In this document: positions 37,708-47,857 of the stretch, piece by piece
Numbering within the stretch: the first letter of the stretch is position 1
Layout: each line of letters begins with the position of its first letter
NCBI GenBank assembly: GCA_040400605.1
Contig: JBBAPZ010000004.1
Coordinates: 16,721-80,720, forward strand
Source: Candidatus Sericytochromatia bacterium
GTDB lineage: Bacteria; Cyanobacteriota; Sericytochromatia; S15B-MN24; JAQBPE01
Reading direction: 5' to 3'
Length of the DNA: 64,000 bases
The notes under the pieces: model-generated
Databases searched by the model: none
What the model saw: the letters and a program-made list of their open reading frames with translations, nothing else
Told to the model about the DNA's origin: nothing
Made by a program: the position numbers and the translations under genes

Positions 37708-39042
37708 ATGACGATGCCTGAAACCTGGGAAAACACCATTTTTGATGGCGGCGCTGATCTGAGCGCTTCGGCGGCTGGACTTGAAGCCTCGCGGTGCCTT
37801 CAGTGTCTTGATGCGCCGTGCATTCAGGCGTGTCCCACCTTGATTGATATCCCCCGTTTTATCAAGGGGATCGCGACCGGCAATCTGAAGGGTGCGGCAC
37901 GGACCATTGCCGAAGCCAATATTTTCGGGTTGGCTTGCGGCAAGGTTTGCCCGACTGAGGTGCTGTGTGAGGGCGCCTGTGTGTATAACCTCACGGAGTC
38001 TCAACCGATTGCCATTGGGCGCTTGCAATCCTTTGCAAGTGCAGCGGCACTCGATCAGCAGTGGCAGTTTTTTACAGGGGGAGCGCCCAGCGGCTACCGG
38101 GTTGCGTTGATTGGCGCAGGGCCTGCCAGTTTGGCTTGTGCACACGCACTGCGTCGGTTGGGGCATGAGACGGTCATTTATGAAGCCAGCGCGCGGGGTG
38201 GGGGGTTGCTCACGGATGGTGTTGCCGCCTACAAGTACCCATCGAATCGGGCGTTAAGGGAAATTGATGCGATCACAGCCATTGGTATCGATGTTCGCTA
38301 CAACGTGCAAATTGGACGGGATTTGGCCTTCGAGGCGCTTGAACGCGGGTTTGATGCGGTTTTTCTGGGTGTCGGGTTGGGGGCTGACCGCTTGTTGCAG
38401 CTTCCTGGCGCCTCCCTTTTACAAGTTAAGGGTGCCTTGGATTGGTTGGAACGTTTTAAGCAGGGTTCCAAGATGAGCCTTGGCGAGCCACCTGCGCGCG
38501 CAGTGGTGATCGGTGGGGGTAACACTGCAATTGATGCGAGTCGGCATTTGAAGGCATGGGGTGTCGAAGCGGTTCACCTGGTTTACCGACGTGGTGAGGA
38601 GTCTCTCAGCGCTTACAGGCATGAAGTGGCGGCAGCCCGTCAGGCGGGCGTGACGTTTCATTTTTACGTTGAACCCGTTGCGTTTGAGGGCGAGGGGTGC
38701 TTGACCGGGGTGCAGTTGCGTGGAACGAAGGGTAACAAGGATGGCAGCTGGACGTTGGCGGCTGATTTGGTGCTGTTGGCGATCGGTCAGCATCGCATTC
38801 ACACTGAGTTGAGTCAGATTCCCGGCATTGAGTGGGCCGAGGGGTGCATTGTTGTGGATCGGCAAACCGGACAGACAGGCAATCCCCGCTATTTCGCGGG
38901 GGGAGATTGCGCGAATGGCGGCAAAGAGGTGGTTGATGCCGTCGCTGATGGCAAACGCGCCGCTTTGGGCATCCACACGTATCTGACACAGTCAGACCGA
39001 CAACAAACCAACCAAAGGGAGACATTGCATGCACCCTGTTGA
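37708..39042 (+). CDS. preT: NAD-dependent dihydropyrimidine dehydrogenase subunit PreT
   Basis: RCLQCLDAPCIQACP, VCPTEVLCEGAC, GAGPA, GGGNTAID, GGDC..G; adjacent to preA. Confidence 0.88.
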   Translation: MTMPETWENTIFDGGADLSASAAGLEASRCLQCLDAPCIQACPTLIDIPRFIKGIATGNLKGAARTIAEANIFGLACGKVCPTEVLCEGACVYNLTESQPIAIGRLQSFASAAALDQQWQFFTGGAPSGYRVALIGAGPASLACAHALRRLGHETVIYEASARGGGLLTDGVAAYKYPSNRALREIDAITAIGIDVRYNVQIGRDLAFEALERGFDAVFLGVGLGADRLLQLPGASLLQVKGALDWLERFKQGSKMSLGEPPARAVVIGGGNTAIDASRHLKAWGVEAVHLVYRRGEESLSAYRHEVAAARQAGVTFHFYVEPVAFEGEGCLTGVQLRGTKGNKDGSWTLAADLVLLAIGQHRIHTELSQIPGIEWAEGCIVVDRQTGQTGNPRYFAGGDCANGGKEVVDAVADGKRAALGIHTYLTQSDRQQTNQRETLHAPC

Positions 39043-40384
39043 TTTGTCGTGCGAGCTTGCCGGCATTCGCGCGCCCAACCCTTTCTGGCTGGCTTCCGCG
39101 CCGCCAACCAACACGGCAACGCAGGTGCTGCGGGCCTATGAATGGGGGTGGGGCGGGGCAGTCTGGAAAACCCTTGGCAAGCCTGTCCGCAATGTTCAAC
39201 CCCGCTTCACCGCCATGCACACGGCTGCGGAACGGATGGTGGGTTTCAGTAACATTGAATTGATCACGGATCGCCCATTGGAAGATAACTATCGGGAGAT
39301 CGCTGCCGTTACCGCCCGCTATCCGGACCGTGCCACCATCGTCTCTTTGATGTTCGAAACCGAGGATGAATGGAAAGAACACATTGAGCGTTCGGTAGCG
39401 GTCGGTGCCCAGGGGCTTGAACTGAATTTCGGCTGTCCTCACGGCATGTGTGAGCGGGGCATGGGCTCAGCAGTCGGTCAGGAACCGGCGCTTGTTGAAA
39501 CCATTACGCGCTGGGCCGTGCGCTACGCTGGTGTGCCGGTGCTGGTCAAGTTGACCCCCAATGTGACCGACATTATACCGCCCGCGTTGGCTGCCCAGCG
39601 AGGAGGCGCCCATGGTGTCAGCCTCATTAACACCATCAAAAGTGTCATGGGCGTGGACCTGGATCGTATGGTGCCTTTACCCGTGGTGGGCGATGCCTCA
39701 ACCAACGGCGGTTATTGTGGCCCCGCAGTGAAACCTATCGCCTTGCACATGGTGGGTGCCTTGGCGCGGCACCCCGAGTTCCGGTTGCCAATTTCGGGGA
39801 TGGGTGGGATTGGTACCTGGCGCGATGCGGCTGAGTTTTTGGCTTTGGGGGCACGTTCGGTACAGATCTGCACCGCCGTGATGCACCACGGTTATCGCAT
39901 CATCCATGATTTAACCGAAGGCTTGGGCCACTGGATGGAAGAAAAAAATTATCGAACGCTGGATGATTTGATCGGACGTGCTGTGCCAAATTTTCGCTCC
40001 TGGGAAGATCTGGATCTCAATCATCGCGTGGTGGCCCGTATTCAGACTGATAAGTGCATTGGTTGTCAGTTATGTTACGTCGCCTGCCTGGACGGTTCCC
40101 ATCAATGCATTTATCTGCCGGATGCCGAACACCCGGATGCGCCCATTCGCCTTGCTACCGAGTCACGGATGCCTTGGGTTGCAGAAAATGAATGCACCGG
40201 TTGTCAACTGTGCCATTTGGTCTGTCCCGTGGAAGGTGCCATCAAGATGGTGCCGCTTCACACAGGGCAGCCTAGGCAAAGCTGGCGCGAGCTTCAAGCC
40301 CTTGCCGTGACTGAATCCGGCACAAGCAATGATTCAACGCTTGAAGGGCGGCAAGGGTTTTGGCAGACTCAAGGCATTGGTTGA
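39029..40384 (+). CDS. preA: NAD-dependent dihydropyrimidine dehydrogenase subunit PreA
   Basis: NPFWLASAPPT, NIELITDR, ELNFGCPHGM, KLTPNVT, two CxxCxxCxxxC ferredoxin motifs. Confidence 0.95.
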   Translation: MHPVDLSCELAGIRAPNPFWLASAPPTNTATQVLRAYEWGWGGAVWKTLGKPVRNVQPRFTAMHTAAERMVGFSNIELITDRPLEDNYREIAAVTARYPDRATIVSLMFETEDEWKEHIERSVAVGAQGLELNFGCPHGMCERGMGSAVGQEPALVETITRWAVRYAGVPVLVKLTPNVTDIIPPALAAQRGGAHGVSLINTIKSVMGVDLDRMVPLPVVGDASTNGGYCGPAVKPIALHMVGALARHPEFRLPISGMGGIGTWRDAAEFLALGARSVQICTAVMHHGYRIIHDLTEGLGHWMEEKNYRTLDDLIGRAVPNFRSWEDLDLNHRVVARIQTDKCIGCQLCYVACLDGSHQCIYLPDAEHPDAPIRLATESRMPWVAENECTGCQLCHLVCPVEGAIKMVPLHTGQPRQSWRELQALAVTESGTSNDSTLEGRQGFWQTQGIG

Positions 40385-40933
40385 GAGTTGTCCGGATTCG
40401 AAGATGGTTAGCCAGCCTTGGCGTGCCAGCGTCCACAGCGTCGTTTCCAGAGTCGCTGCCGGCTGTTCCGATCCCAAGACCTCACACAATTGCCCCACCG
40501 TGCGCTCTCCCATCAACATATCTTTGCGCATCGTATCGCTCAAACGTGATACTTCGAGGTACTCGACCGTTGCGCTATCGGGTGGCAAGGTGAGTACCTG
40601 GGGTTTTAAAAGCGCTTTTTTGCCTTCGGAAAACTGTAGTTTGTCATAGAGGTCGTCGTGACGCAGGGTGCCGTCATTTTGACGAAACAGGCAGCGTGCT
40701 TTGCCATTGACGGTGTACTCCACGCGAACAAGGATTCGCTGGGCCAGGCCGCCGGTCGCGGGTTCCAGCTTGAAGTAGGCCGGTTCAGCGACGCTTTGTT
40801 CAATCGCTGCAAGGTCAACATATTTTAGGCGATCGCCGTCCCGAACAATCATGCCGGACAAATCGCCACGGGCGTGATCCGCTTTCCGGGTCACACCCAG
40901 AATGAGCCGCGGTCCCATCGGTGACTGCGCCAT
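40334..40933 (-). CDS. Hypothetical protein with C-terminal winged-helix/PqqD-like segment
   Basis: RBS AAGGGGAG; GERTVGQLCEVL...TLWTLARQGWL. Confidence 0.6.
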   Translation of the reverse strand: MAQSPMGPRLILGVTRKADHARGDLSGMIVRDGDRLKYVDLAAIEQSVAEPAYFKLEPATGGLAQRILVRVEYTVNGKARCLFRQNDGTLRHDDLYDKLQFSEGKKALLKPQVLTLPPDSATVEYLEVSRLSDTMRKDMLMGERTVGQLCEVLGSEQPAATLETTLWTLARQGWLTIFESGQLSTNALSLPKPLPPFKR

Positions 40934-40984
40934 TAGTCTCCCCTTCCCGTGATTGCCTGTTTTCACCCGCCGGCGACCAGTGTA

Positions 40985-41716
40985 TCACGCAAGTGGCGCC
41001 TGAACCTCAATTTGACCCATGGCACCGTGGCACGCAGACACCGTCGCAATGAGTATCGTCAGGGGCGTTTGGCGCGCGCGGGCTAATTTCAGGACCTGCT
41101 CACGCTCGGCGCGCAGTTGGCGCACACTGACAGAGGCGACGCCCAGGGCAATCTGTTCACACACAAGCACAATCAAGGCACTCACATCGGGCCACGCTTG
41201 CGCTTGCTCGCGCAAAAACCGTGATTGTTCCCAGGTGCGTGGCCCCCTGGTTGCTGGACAACGCTCGGGTTCGGTGCAGGCAGCCGGGCATAGCCAGTCG
41301 GCGAAAGAAAAATACAAGGCGCCGTCTTGACCGAGCTTTACAAAGGGTTGTTCAAAGGTATGACGCACCGGCTCGGACCGAACGGTTCGGGGAGCCAATT
41401 GTGCCGCGAGTGCGTGGAGCAGCCAATGTTGAAAAAGGTGCGGCGCCAAAGGTGCTGGAATGATGTGGTCTCCGCTGGTTCCATCCGCCTCGTCGTCAGC
41501 GTTTTCGATGTATCCCCTTAAAAATTGATCCCATTCAGCGTGAATATGACGCACGTCCCGGTGGGTCCCCAATTCGTCTTTCACGCGGGTTTCCAACGCG
41601 TGATCCACAACCAGCAGGTGGCGAAACTGCGTGAGGCCGGTGTCACGTGCGCGCAAAAGACGGCTGACGTGATGATAGCCCCAGCAACCACCTCCAATGA
41701 CGATCACGTCGCGCAT
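40985..41716 (-). CDS. Hypothetical Rossmann-fold protein with a Cys-rich C-terminal half
   Basis: DVIVIGGGCWG; PAPLAPH; CPAACTEPERCP; SACHG; start may be 41770. Confidence 0.65.
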   Translation of the reverse strand: MRDVIVIGGGCWGYHHVSRLLRARDTGLTQFRHLLVVDHALETRVKDELGTHRDVRHIHAEWDQFLRGYIENADDEADGTSGDHIIPAPLAPHLFQHWLLHALAAQLAPRTVRSEPVRHTFEQPFVKLGQDGALYFSFADWLCPAACTEPERCPATRGPRTWEQSRFLREQAQAWPDVSALIVLVCEQIALGVASVSVRQLRAEREQVLKLARARQTPLTILIATVSACHGAMGQIEVQAPLA

Positions 41717-41882
41717 TGGCCACGTTAACTGGGTGGGGGAAGTCTTTTTTGAGTAGTGCTCTGGGGGCATGGTCCTCACCGAAGCAAAAAACGAGATAAA
41801 CCGCGTCTTTTCATTCTACCGGTTGGGGGACTCGAGCGGTATAATGAAGGTTCGTGCACGCGCCAAGAGGAACAGTCTCCCA

Positions 41883-43169
41883 ATGAAATCATCACGGATA
41901 CCGGGTTTTTACAAGCTGTCTTTGGCGGAACGCCTGGCTCGCTTGGCAGACACCTACGATCTGAGTGTCTCTGAAGTTGAGGCACTGCGTTCGCAAGGGT
42001 CTTTGACGCTCGCCCAGGCTGACAAAATGATTGAAAACGCGGTGGGTATTTACAGTTTACCAATTGGTCTCGGGATGAATTTTTTGATTAACGGAAAAGA
42101 TTATTTGATTCCGATGGCGATTGAGGAACCGTCGGTCGTCGCTTCTGCGAGTCACGTGGCCAAATTGGTTCGTGAAGCCGGGGGATTTCAGGCCGAAAGC
42201 ACCGAGCGGGACATGATCGGTCAGATACAGGTGGTGGGGTGCCCGGATTGGGGCGTAGCGTGTGAAGCGTTGCTTGATGCTGAGGAGCGTTTGTTGGCTG
42301 CTGCCAACGCGGTGCATCCGAAGATGGTGGAACGGGGTGGTGGTGCGCGGCGTATGTCGGTGCGTCTGCTCAATGATGATGAGGGCGCGCGTTATCAACA
42401 GATGTTGATCCTGAACCTGATTGTCGATACGCGCGATGCAATGGGGGCCAATACTGTCAATACCATGGTGGAGGCCCTGGCGCCCACTGTGGAGGAATTG
42501 ACGGGTGGAAAAGTGTACCTGCGGATTTTGTCCAACTATACGGATGGTTGTCTGGCGCGTGCGCGCTGCGTCATTCCACCGGCGTTGTTGCGGGCGGGTG
42601 AATTTGAGGGTGAGGCGGTACGTGATGGCATCTTATGTGCTCAGGCGTTTGCGGCGAGTGATCGCTATCGGGCGGTGACGCACAACAAAGGGGTCATGAA
42701 CGGCATCGATGCGGTGGTGATTGCAACCGGCAACGATTGGCGGGCGATTGAGGCGGCGGCCCACGCCCATGCCTGTCGTGATGGCGTTTATGGACCGATG
42801 ACGCAATGGTTCAAGGATGACGCGGGTAATTTGGTGGGTGAGTTGGAGTTGCCCATGCCGGTTGGGACTGTGGGGGGGTCGATTGGTTTGCACCCGATGG
42901 CACAGATAGCGCACAAGTTTTTGCGGGTGCAGTCCGCGCGTGAGCTGGCGGAGGTGGTTGTGTGTGTGGGGTTGGCGCAGAACCTTGGGGCATTAAAGGC
43001 GTTGGCGACGGATGGCATTCAAAAGGGTCACATGGCATTGCATGCCCGTGCGGTGGCGATGACGGCTGGGGCGGATGGTGAGTTGATTGATCGCATCGCC
43101 CAAGAATTGGTTAAAAGCAACGAAATCAAAGTGAGTAAGGCCCTCGAACTGCTCGCACAACACCGCTGA
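41883..43169 (+). CDS. mvaA: HMG-CoA reductase, class II
   Basis: ENAVG, EEPSVVA, DAMGAN, THNKG.MNG, GTVGG, HMALHAR; TATAAT at 41840. Confidence 0.95.
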   Translation: MKSSRIPGFYKLSLAERLARLADTYDLSVSEVEALRSQGSLTLAQADKMIENAVGIYSLPIGLGMNFLINGKDYLIPMAIEEPSVVASASHVAKLVREAGGFQAESTERDMIGQIQVVGCPDWGVACEALLDAEERLLAAANAVHPKMVERGGGARRMSVRLLNDDEGARYQQMLILNLIVDTRDAMGANTVNTMVEALAPTVEELTGGKVYLRILSNYTDGCLARARCVIPPALLRAGEFEGEAVRDGILCAQAFAASDRYRAVTHNKGVMNGIDAVVIATGNDWRAIEAAAHAHACRDGVYGPMTQWFKDDAGNLVGELELPMPVGTVGGSIGLHPMAQIAHKFLRVQSARELAEVVVCVGLAQNLGALKALATDGIQKGHMALHARAVAMTAGADGELIDRIAQELVKSNEIKVSKALELLAQHR

Positions 43170-44161
43170 TGGGCAATCACGCACAGTCGGTCACGCCTGC
43201 AAGGGAGGCAACTGGACACGCCCCGGGGAAGTTGATTTTGCTCGGTGAGCACGCTGTCGTTTATGGTTATCCGGCGCTAGCCATCCCGCTGCTGGCACTG
43301 CGATGTCACGCCACGATCACGTTTTTGCCCGACGTAGCCGACGGCAGCCTTGAGCTCGTGAATGCCTCGGGAGTTTCGCTGGTGCCAGTTTCCAAACTGG
43401 CGCCAGTGGGCTGGGAAGGTCCTGTGGCGTTATTGAACGCGCTGCGTCAGACGACAATGGGGGTGCAATCAGGCTTGCGTGTCAGAATTGATTCAGCAAT
43501 TCCGGTTGGGGCGGGGTTGGGGTCGGGTGCGGCGGTTGCTTGTGCGATCGCCCGTGCCTGGAGCGCTTTGTTTGGCATCAGTGACACGGAAGCGGCCCTT
43601 TATGAAAAAATCCAGATCGCCGAACGGGTGGCCCACAGATTACCCAGTGGGCTGGATGCTTGCACCGTGTTGTCTGAAAAACCTTTGCTGTTTGACACTC
43701 GTAGCGGTGCTCAGCCCATTCAGGTTCCGTGCAACGGTTACTGGGTCATTGGCCATTCTGGTATTCAGCGTCAAACCGTCGTAGCCGTGAATACCGTGGC
43801 ACAGGCGCTGCGAAGCGAGCCCCAGGTTACCCGCGCGGCAATCGCCCGTTTGGGCGCACTGGCTTTGGATGGTGCCTCTTGGCTGGCTGGGCGGGATTGG
43901 CGACAACTGGGCGCCGCTTTGGATGAGGCTCATGTGTTGCTTGACTCGCTTGGTGTCGGGCACTCTCGATTGAATCAATTGGCTGAGGTAGCCAGACAAC
44001 ACGGTGCACTGGGTGCCAAGTTGACTGGTGCGGGAATGGGTGGATGCGTGCTTGCGTTGGTTGATAACACCGTGGCGCAGCGGCAGGTGGCAGATGCGTG
44101 GCGTAAACTGGGATTGCCGTTCGTTGCTTGCCTCGGCGAAGAAGGGACGAATATCTTGTGA
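43169..44161 (+). CDS. mvk: Mevalonate kinase
   Basis: PGKLILLGEHAVVYG, PVGAGLGSGAA, SGLD, KLTGAGMGG. Confidence 0.92.
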   Translation: MGNHAQSVTPAREATGHAPGKLILLGEHAVVYGYPALAIPLLALRCHATITFLPDVADGSLELVNASGVSLVPVSKLAPVGWEGPVALLNALRQTTMGVQSGLRVRIDSAIPVGAGLGSGAAVACAIARAWSALFGISDTEAALYEKIQIAERVAHRLPSGLDACTVLSEKPLLFDTRSGAQPIQVPCNGYWVIGHSGIQRQTVVAVNTVAQALRSEPQVTRAAIARLGALALDGASWLAGRDWRQLGAALDEAHVLLDSLGVGHSRLNQLAEVARQHGALGAKLTGAGMGGCVLALVDNTVAQRQVADAWRKLGLPFVACLGEEGTNIL

Positions 44162-45204
44162 GTGAGCCATCGGTTGATATCCAGCAACGGAAGCGTGATC
44201 ACATTGCCCATAGTTTGAATCCTCAAGTCATCATGGGAATATCAAACGGCTTGGAGCGTTTCCGTTTCTTGCCGGAGGCACTTCCGGATTGTGATTTTGC
44301 CGCGGTCTCCACGCAATGTGAATTTCTTGGCCATCGTTTGGGTGCGCCTTTATTGATTGCGAGCATGACCGGCGGTCCGCAGGAGGGTGAGCGCATCAAT
44401 CGTCATTTGGCGCAGGCTGCCCGTCAGTTGAACGTGGCCATGGGGGTTGGGTCACAACGGGTGATGTTTGAGCGGGTGGATGCGCGCCAAAGCTTTTTCG
44501 CAGTTCGTAAAGAGGCACCGGACATTTTGTTGTTTGGCAATTTGGGTGCGGTTCAATTGAATGCCGGTTTTGGTGAGCGGGAGTTGCGGCAGGCACGGGA
44601 TTGGCTGGATGCGGATGGGGTGTTTTTGCACTTGAATGTTTTGCAGGAGTTGATTCAGACGGAGGGGGACACAAACTTTCAAGGTTTGCTTGAGCGTGTG
44701 TCCCGTTTGACGGCCGCGCTGGACTTTCCGATTCTTGTCAAAGAGGTGGGGTGTGGGGTGTCGTCAGGGACGGCGCTGCGTTTGGCTGCCGCTGGGGTTG
44801 CTGCCATTGATGTGGCGGGTGCGGGTGGCACCTCTTGGGCCAAGATTGAGGGTTTGCGTGCCGCGACACCGCAACGGAAGCGGTTGGCTGAGGTGTTCGG
44901 TGATTGGGGCTTGCCCACTGCGGTTTGCATTCCGCGGATTCGTGCACAATTGCCGGGATTGCCCTTGATCGCGTCTGGTGGCATTCGAACGGGATTGGAT
45001 GTTGCGAAAGCGATCGCCTTGGGGGCTGACCTTGTCAGCCTGGCCAATCCCCTCCTGGCGCCAGCCTTGGAGAGCGCCGATGCCGTTGTCGATTGCCTGG
45101 AGCAAATCATTTTGGAACTTCGCGTCACATTGATGTTGCTTGGGTTGCGTGATGTCGCCGCACTTCGCAATCGGCCGGATTTATTGATGGAGGTTGGATT
45201 ATGA
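44158..45204 (+). CDS. fni: Type 2 isopentenyl-diphosphate isomerase (FMN-dependent)
   Basis: RKRDHI, SMTGG, GSQR, HLNVLQE, KEVG, GAGGTSW, ASGGIR. Confidence 0.95.
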   Translation: MSEPSVDIQQRKRDHIAHSLNPQVIMGISNGLERFRFLPEALPDCDFAAVSTQCEFLGHRLGAPLLIASMTGGPQEGERINRHLAQAARQLNVAMGVGSQRVMFERVDARQSFFAVRKEAPDILLFGNLGAVQLNAGFGERELRQARDWLDADGVFLHLNVLQELIQTEGDTNFQGLLERVSRLTAALDFPILVKEVGCGVSSGTALRLAAAGVAAIDVAGAGGTSWAKIEGLRAATPQRKRLAEVFGDWGLPTAVCIPRIRAQLPGLPLIASGGIRTGLDVAKAIALGADLVSLANPLLAPALESADAVVDCLEQIILELRVTLMLLGLRDVAALRNRPDLLMEVGL

Positions 45205-46211
45205 GCCAGGCGATCGCTTGTGCCAACAGCAACATTGCGTTAATCAAGTACTGGGGCAAGCGCGACGAGGCGCTGATCTTGCCTCATAACGGCAGTCTCT
45301 CGTTGACCCTGGACGGCCTGTATTCCACCACCCGGGTGTCGTTTGAGGAAGACCTGAAAGCTGATCACTTTGAACTCGACGGCGCGATCATCACAGGTAC
45401 ACCGCTAACACGCGTGAGCGATTTTTTGAATTGCATTCGCGCGATGAGTGGCGAGCGCCGTTTTGCGCGGGTTCAATCAACCAACCACTTGCCCACCGCT
45501 GCCGGCTTGGCCTCCTCCGCATCAGGGTTTGCCGCACTTGCTCTGGCAGGAACGCGTGCTGCCGGATTGAACCTGGATCCCGCGGATTTATCCCGCCTCG
45601 CAAGGCTTGGTTCCGGTTCCGCCTGCCGTTCGATTTACGGCGGTTTCGTTGAATGGCGCCGGGGCAGCGAGTCAGACGGCCGTGACAGTCACGGTGTTCC
45701 CATCGTTTTAGCGCAGGATTGGGACCTGCGCATGCTGGTCTGTGTGTTGATGAGCAAACCCAAAGGCGTGTCCAGCCGTGCAGGCATGGCACGAACCGTC
45801 GCGACCTCGCCTTACTACGCTGCGTGGATCAGTGAAGCACAACGGGATCTCGAACAGGCCCGAACCGCCATTGATATGCATGACTTCGAAACCCTCGGAC
45901 AATTGACCGAGCACAGTGCCCTGAAGATGCACGCGACGATGCTGACTGCACATCCGCCCTTTTGTTACTGGCTGCCCAGCAGCGTTGCCTTGATGGATCG
46001 TGTGCGTCAGTTGCGTGCCGATGGCCTGGCCGCCTACTTTACGCTCGACGCAGGGCCCAATGTCAAGGTTTTGACCACGGGTAAAGATGCCGCCACCATC
46101 GCTGCCGCTTTGGAACAGCAAGCGGGTGTTGAGCGGGTGTTAATGTGTGCCGCTGGCAAGGGTGCGCGTTTGATTGATGAGGAGCAACAAGGTGCCGAAG
46201 CAATGCCTTGA
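45201..46211 (+). CDS. mvaD: Diphosphomevalonate decarboxylase
   Basis: NIALIKYWGK, PTAAGLASSASG, GSGSACRS, DAGPNVK. Confidence 0.96.
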   Translation: MSQAIACANSNIALIKYWGKRDEALILPHNGSLSLTLDGLYSTTRVSFEEDLKADHFELDGAIITGTPLTRVSDFLNCIRAMSGERRFARVQSTNHLPTAAGLASSASGFAALALAGTRAAGLNLDPADLSRLARLGSGSACRSIYGGFVEWRRGSESDGRDSHGVPIVLAQDWDLRMLVCVLMSKPKGVSSRAGMARTVATSPYYAAWISEAQRDLEQARTAIDMHDFETLGQLTEHSALKMHATMLTAHPPFCYWLPSSVALMDRVRQLRADGLAAYFTLDAGPNVKVLTTGKDAATIAAALEQQAGVERVLMCAAGKGARLIDEEQQGAEAMP

Positions 46212-47307
46212 AGTGCGTGTGCCGGGTAAACTGTTGATCGCTGGCGAATATGCGGTACTTGAACCCCACGCGCCAGCCGTGGTGGTGGCGGTGTCCCGAT
46301 ACATCCGAATTCGGATTACCCCGGCGCCCGTAGGCCTTTTTGATGCGCCAAGCCTCGGTATTCTGGCCTATGAGTGGCGTGCGACCGCGGAAGCCGTCGC
46401 CTTCGAACGTGAGGATGACAGGCTGTCGTTTGTCACGGCGGCCTTGAACCAGGTCAGGCGTTATCTGACGATGCAAAACAAGGCACTCCAAAACTGTCAT
46501 ATCGTCATCGACAGTGATCTTCAAGACGCCAACGGTCTCAAGTACGGATTGGGCAGCAGCGCCGCCGTTGTTACAGCAGTGGTTGCCGGTATGCTGATTT
46601 GGCACCAGGGACCGGATGACCACCCACCAGATGCCACGATTATTTTCAAACTCGCTGCATTGGCACACCTGGCGACGCAAGGCAGTGGTTCAGGGGTTGA
46701 TTTGGCCGCCTCGTGTTTTGGCGGCTGGTTGCGCTACTCGTCGTTTCATCCCGCCTGGTTGCAAGAACGCATCGATTGGCCCCTGCCTGAGTTGCTCAAA
46801 AGTCCTTGGCCTTTTTTATCTGTTGAACGCTTGTCACCGATTCCCAAGGATCTGCGTTTGATGGCTGCCTGGAGTGGCACATCCGTGAAGACATCCGCGA
46901 TGATTGAGGCCGTTGTCGCGGTGCGCGAGAGCAACCCCACCGCCTACGAGCGATTTTTACATGATTCACGCATCAGCGTGGAGCACCTGGTGGCGGGCTT
47001 ACAGTCCGCCAATCCGGGACGGATCCTCGCAGCCATTGAACGCAACCGTCAAGCCCTGCTGCGATTAAGTGAGGCTGCGGCCGTTCGCATCGAAACCCCC
47101 GTATTGCAACGCTTGCACGCACTCGCCGTGGAAGCCGGCGGCAGTGGCAAACCGTCCGGCGCCGGGGGGGGCGATTGTGGCATCGCCGTCATCTTCGGTG
47201 AACGCGAGGCGGCTGCCTTGGCCGAAGCCTGGCGCCAAGGAGGTGTGCTGCCACTGCCCCTATCGGTGTCGGATGCGGGGGTGACGGTCAGCCGAATCGA
47301 TTGGTAA
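46192..47307 (+). CDS. mvaK2: Phosphomevalonate kinase (Gram-positive ERG8 type)
   Basis: PGKLLIAGEYAVL, KYGLGSSAA, GSG.D.AAS..GG, KPSGAGGGDCG; GTG after GAGGAG. Confidence 0.92.
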   Translation: MPKQCLEVRVPGKLLIAGEYAVLEPHAPAVVVAVSRYIRIRITPAPVGLFDAPSLGILAYEWRATAEAVAFEREDDRLSFVTAALNQVRRYLTMQNKALQNCHIVIDSDLQDANGLKYGLGSSAAVVTAVVAGMLIWHQGPDDHPPDATIIFKLAALAHLATQGSGSGVDLAASCFGGWLRYSSFHPAWLQERIDWPLPELLKSPWPFLSVERLSPIPKDLRLMAAWSGTSVKTSAMIEAVVAVRESNPTAYERFLHDSRISVEHLVAGLQSANPGRILAAIERNRQALLRLSEAAAVRIETPVLQRLHALAVEAGGSGKPSGAGGGDCGIAVIFGEREAAALAEAWRQGGVLPLPLSVSDAGVTVSRIDW

Positions 47308-47403
47308 CCAATTCAACATTCACCACTTGTCAGCCGTTGGTTGCGCGCGCCACGCAGGCGCCAATTGACTCGCAGGATGTTGATAGCCATTCTGGTCACA
47401 TCC

Positions 47404-47530
47404 TCACAACTCCGTGCCCAGCAGTCGCAAAAAGGTCTCTGGTTCGAATTCGGCTTTCTTGATGAACGCAACAACGCCCAATTCGGCCGCGTTCGTTCGA
47501 TCACTGGTGCGCACGGTTTGAGTCCCCGTT
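47404..47530 (-). pseudogene. Possible remnant of a response-regulator receiver C-terminus
   Basis: Translates ...SDRTNAAELGVVAFIKKAEFEPETFLRLL, similar to receiver alpha4-beta5-alpha5; no credible N-terminal half. Confidence 0.35.
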
Positions 47531-47698
47531 AGCGACGAGTTTGCGCGCCACACATGATGAGAAGGCATACTGGGTCGTCGTGACGCCACACGGTCGAACG
47601 CCGTACTGCTCCCCAACGGCCTGACGCAAAAGTCGAGTGCAACATCTCACAGCTTCCTGACCTGAACCAGGCGTCAGAACGCTCGGCATCTGAATACG

Positions 47699-47857
47699 AT
47701 GCAATTCAGTGTTTCCACATGGGGACGTGAACGCCTACAAAACGAGGAGTTACTGGGTGCGCACGAGATGGCTGAACGCGCATCCCGTGCCAAAACCAGC
47801 TTTCTCACTAACATGAGTCACGAGTTGCGCATACCCTTGACGGCAGACATTTGGTGA
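47699..47857 (+). pseudogene. 52-aa ORF containing only a HisKA H-box fragment (histidine kinase remnant or micro-protein)
   Basis: MQFSVSTWGRERLQNEELLGAHEMAERASRAKTSFLTNMSHELRIPLTADIW*; matches A..A..AKS.FL.NMSHELRTPL; shorter than any ORF in the supplied track. Confidence 0.7.

Noticed and set aside
47435..47460. GGTTCGAATT resembling a tRNA T-loop
   Set aside because: No cloverleaf, acceptor stem or D-arm can be built around it
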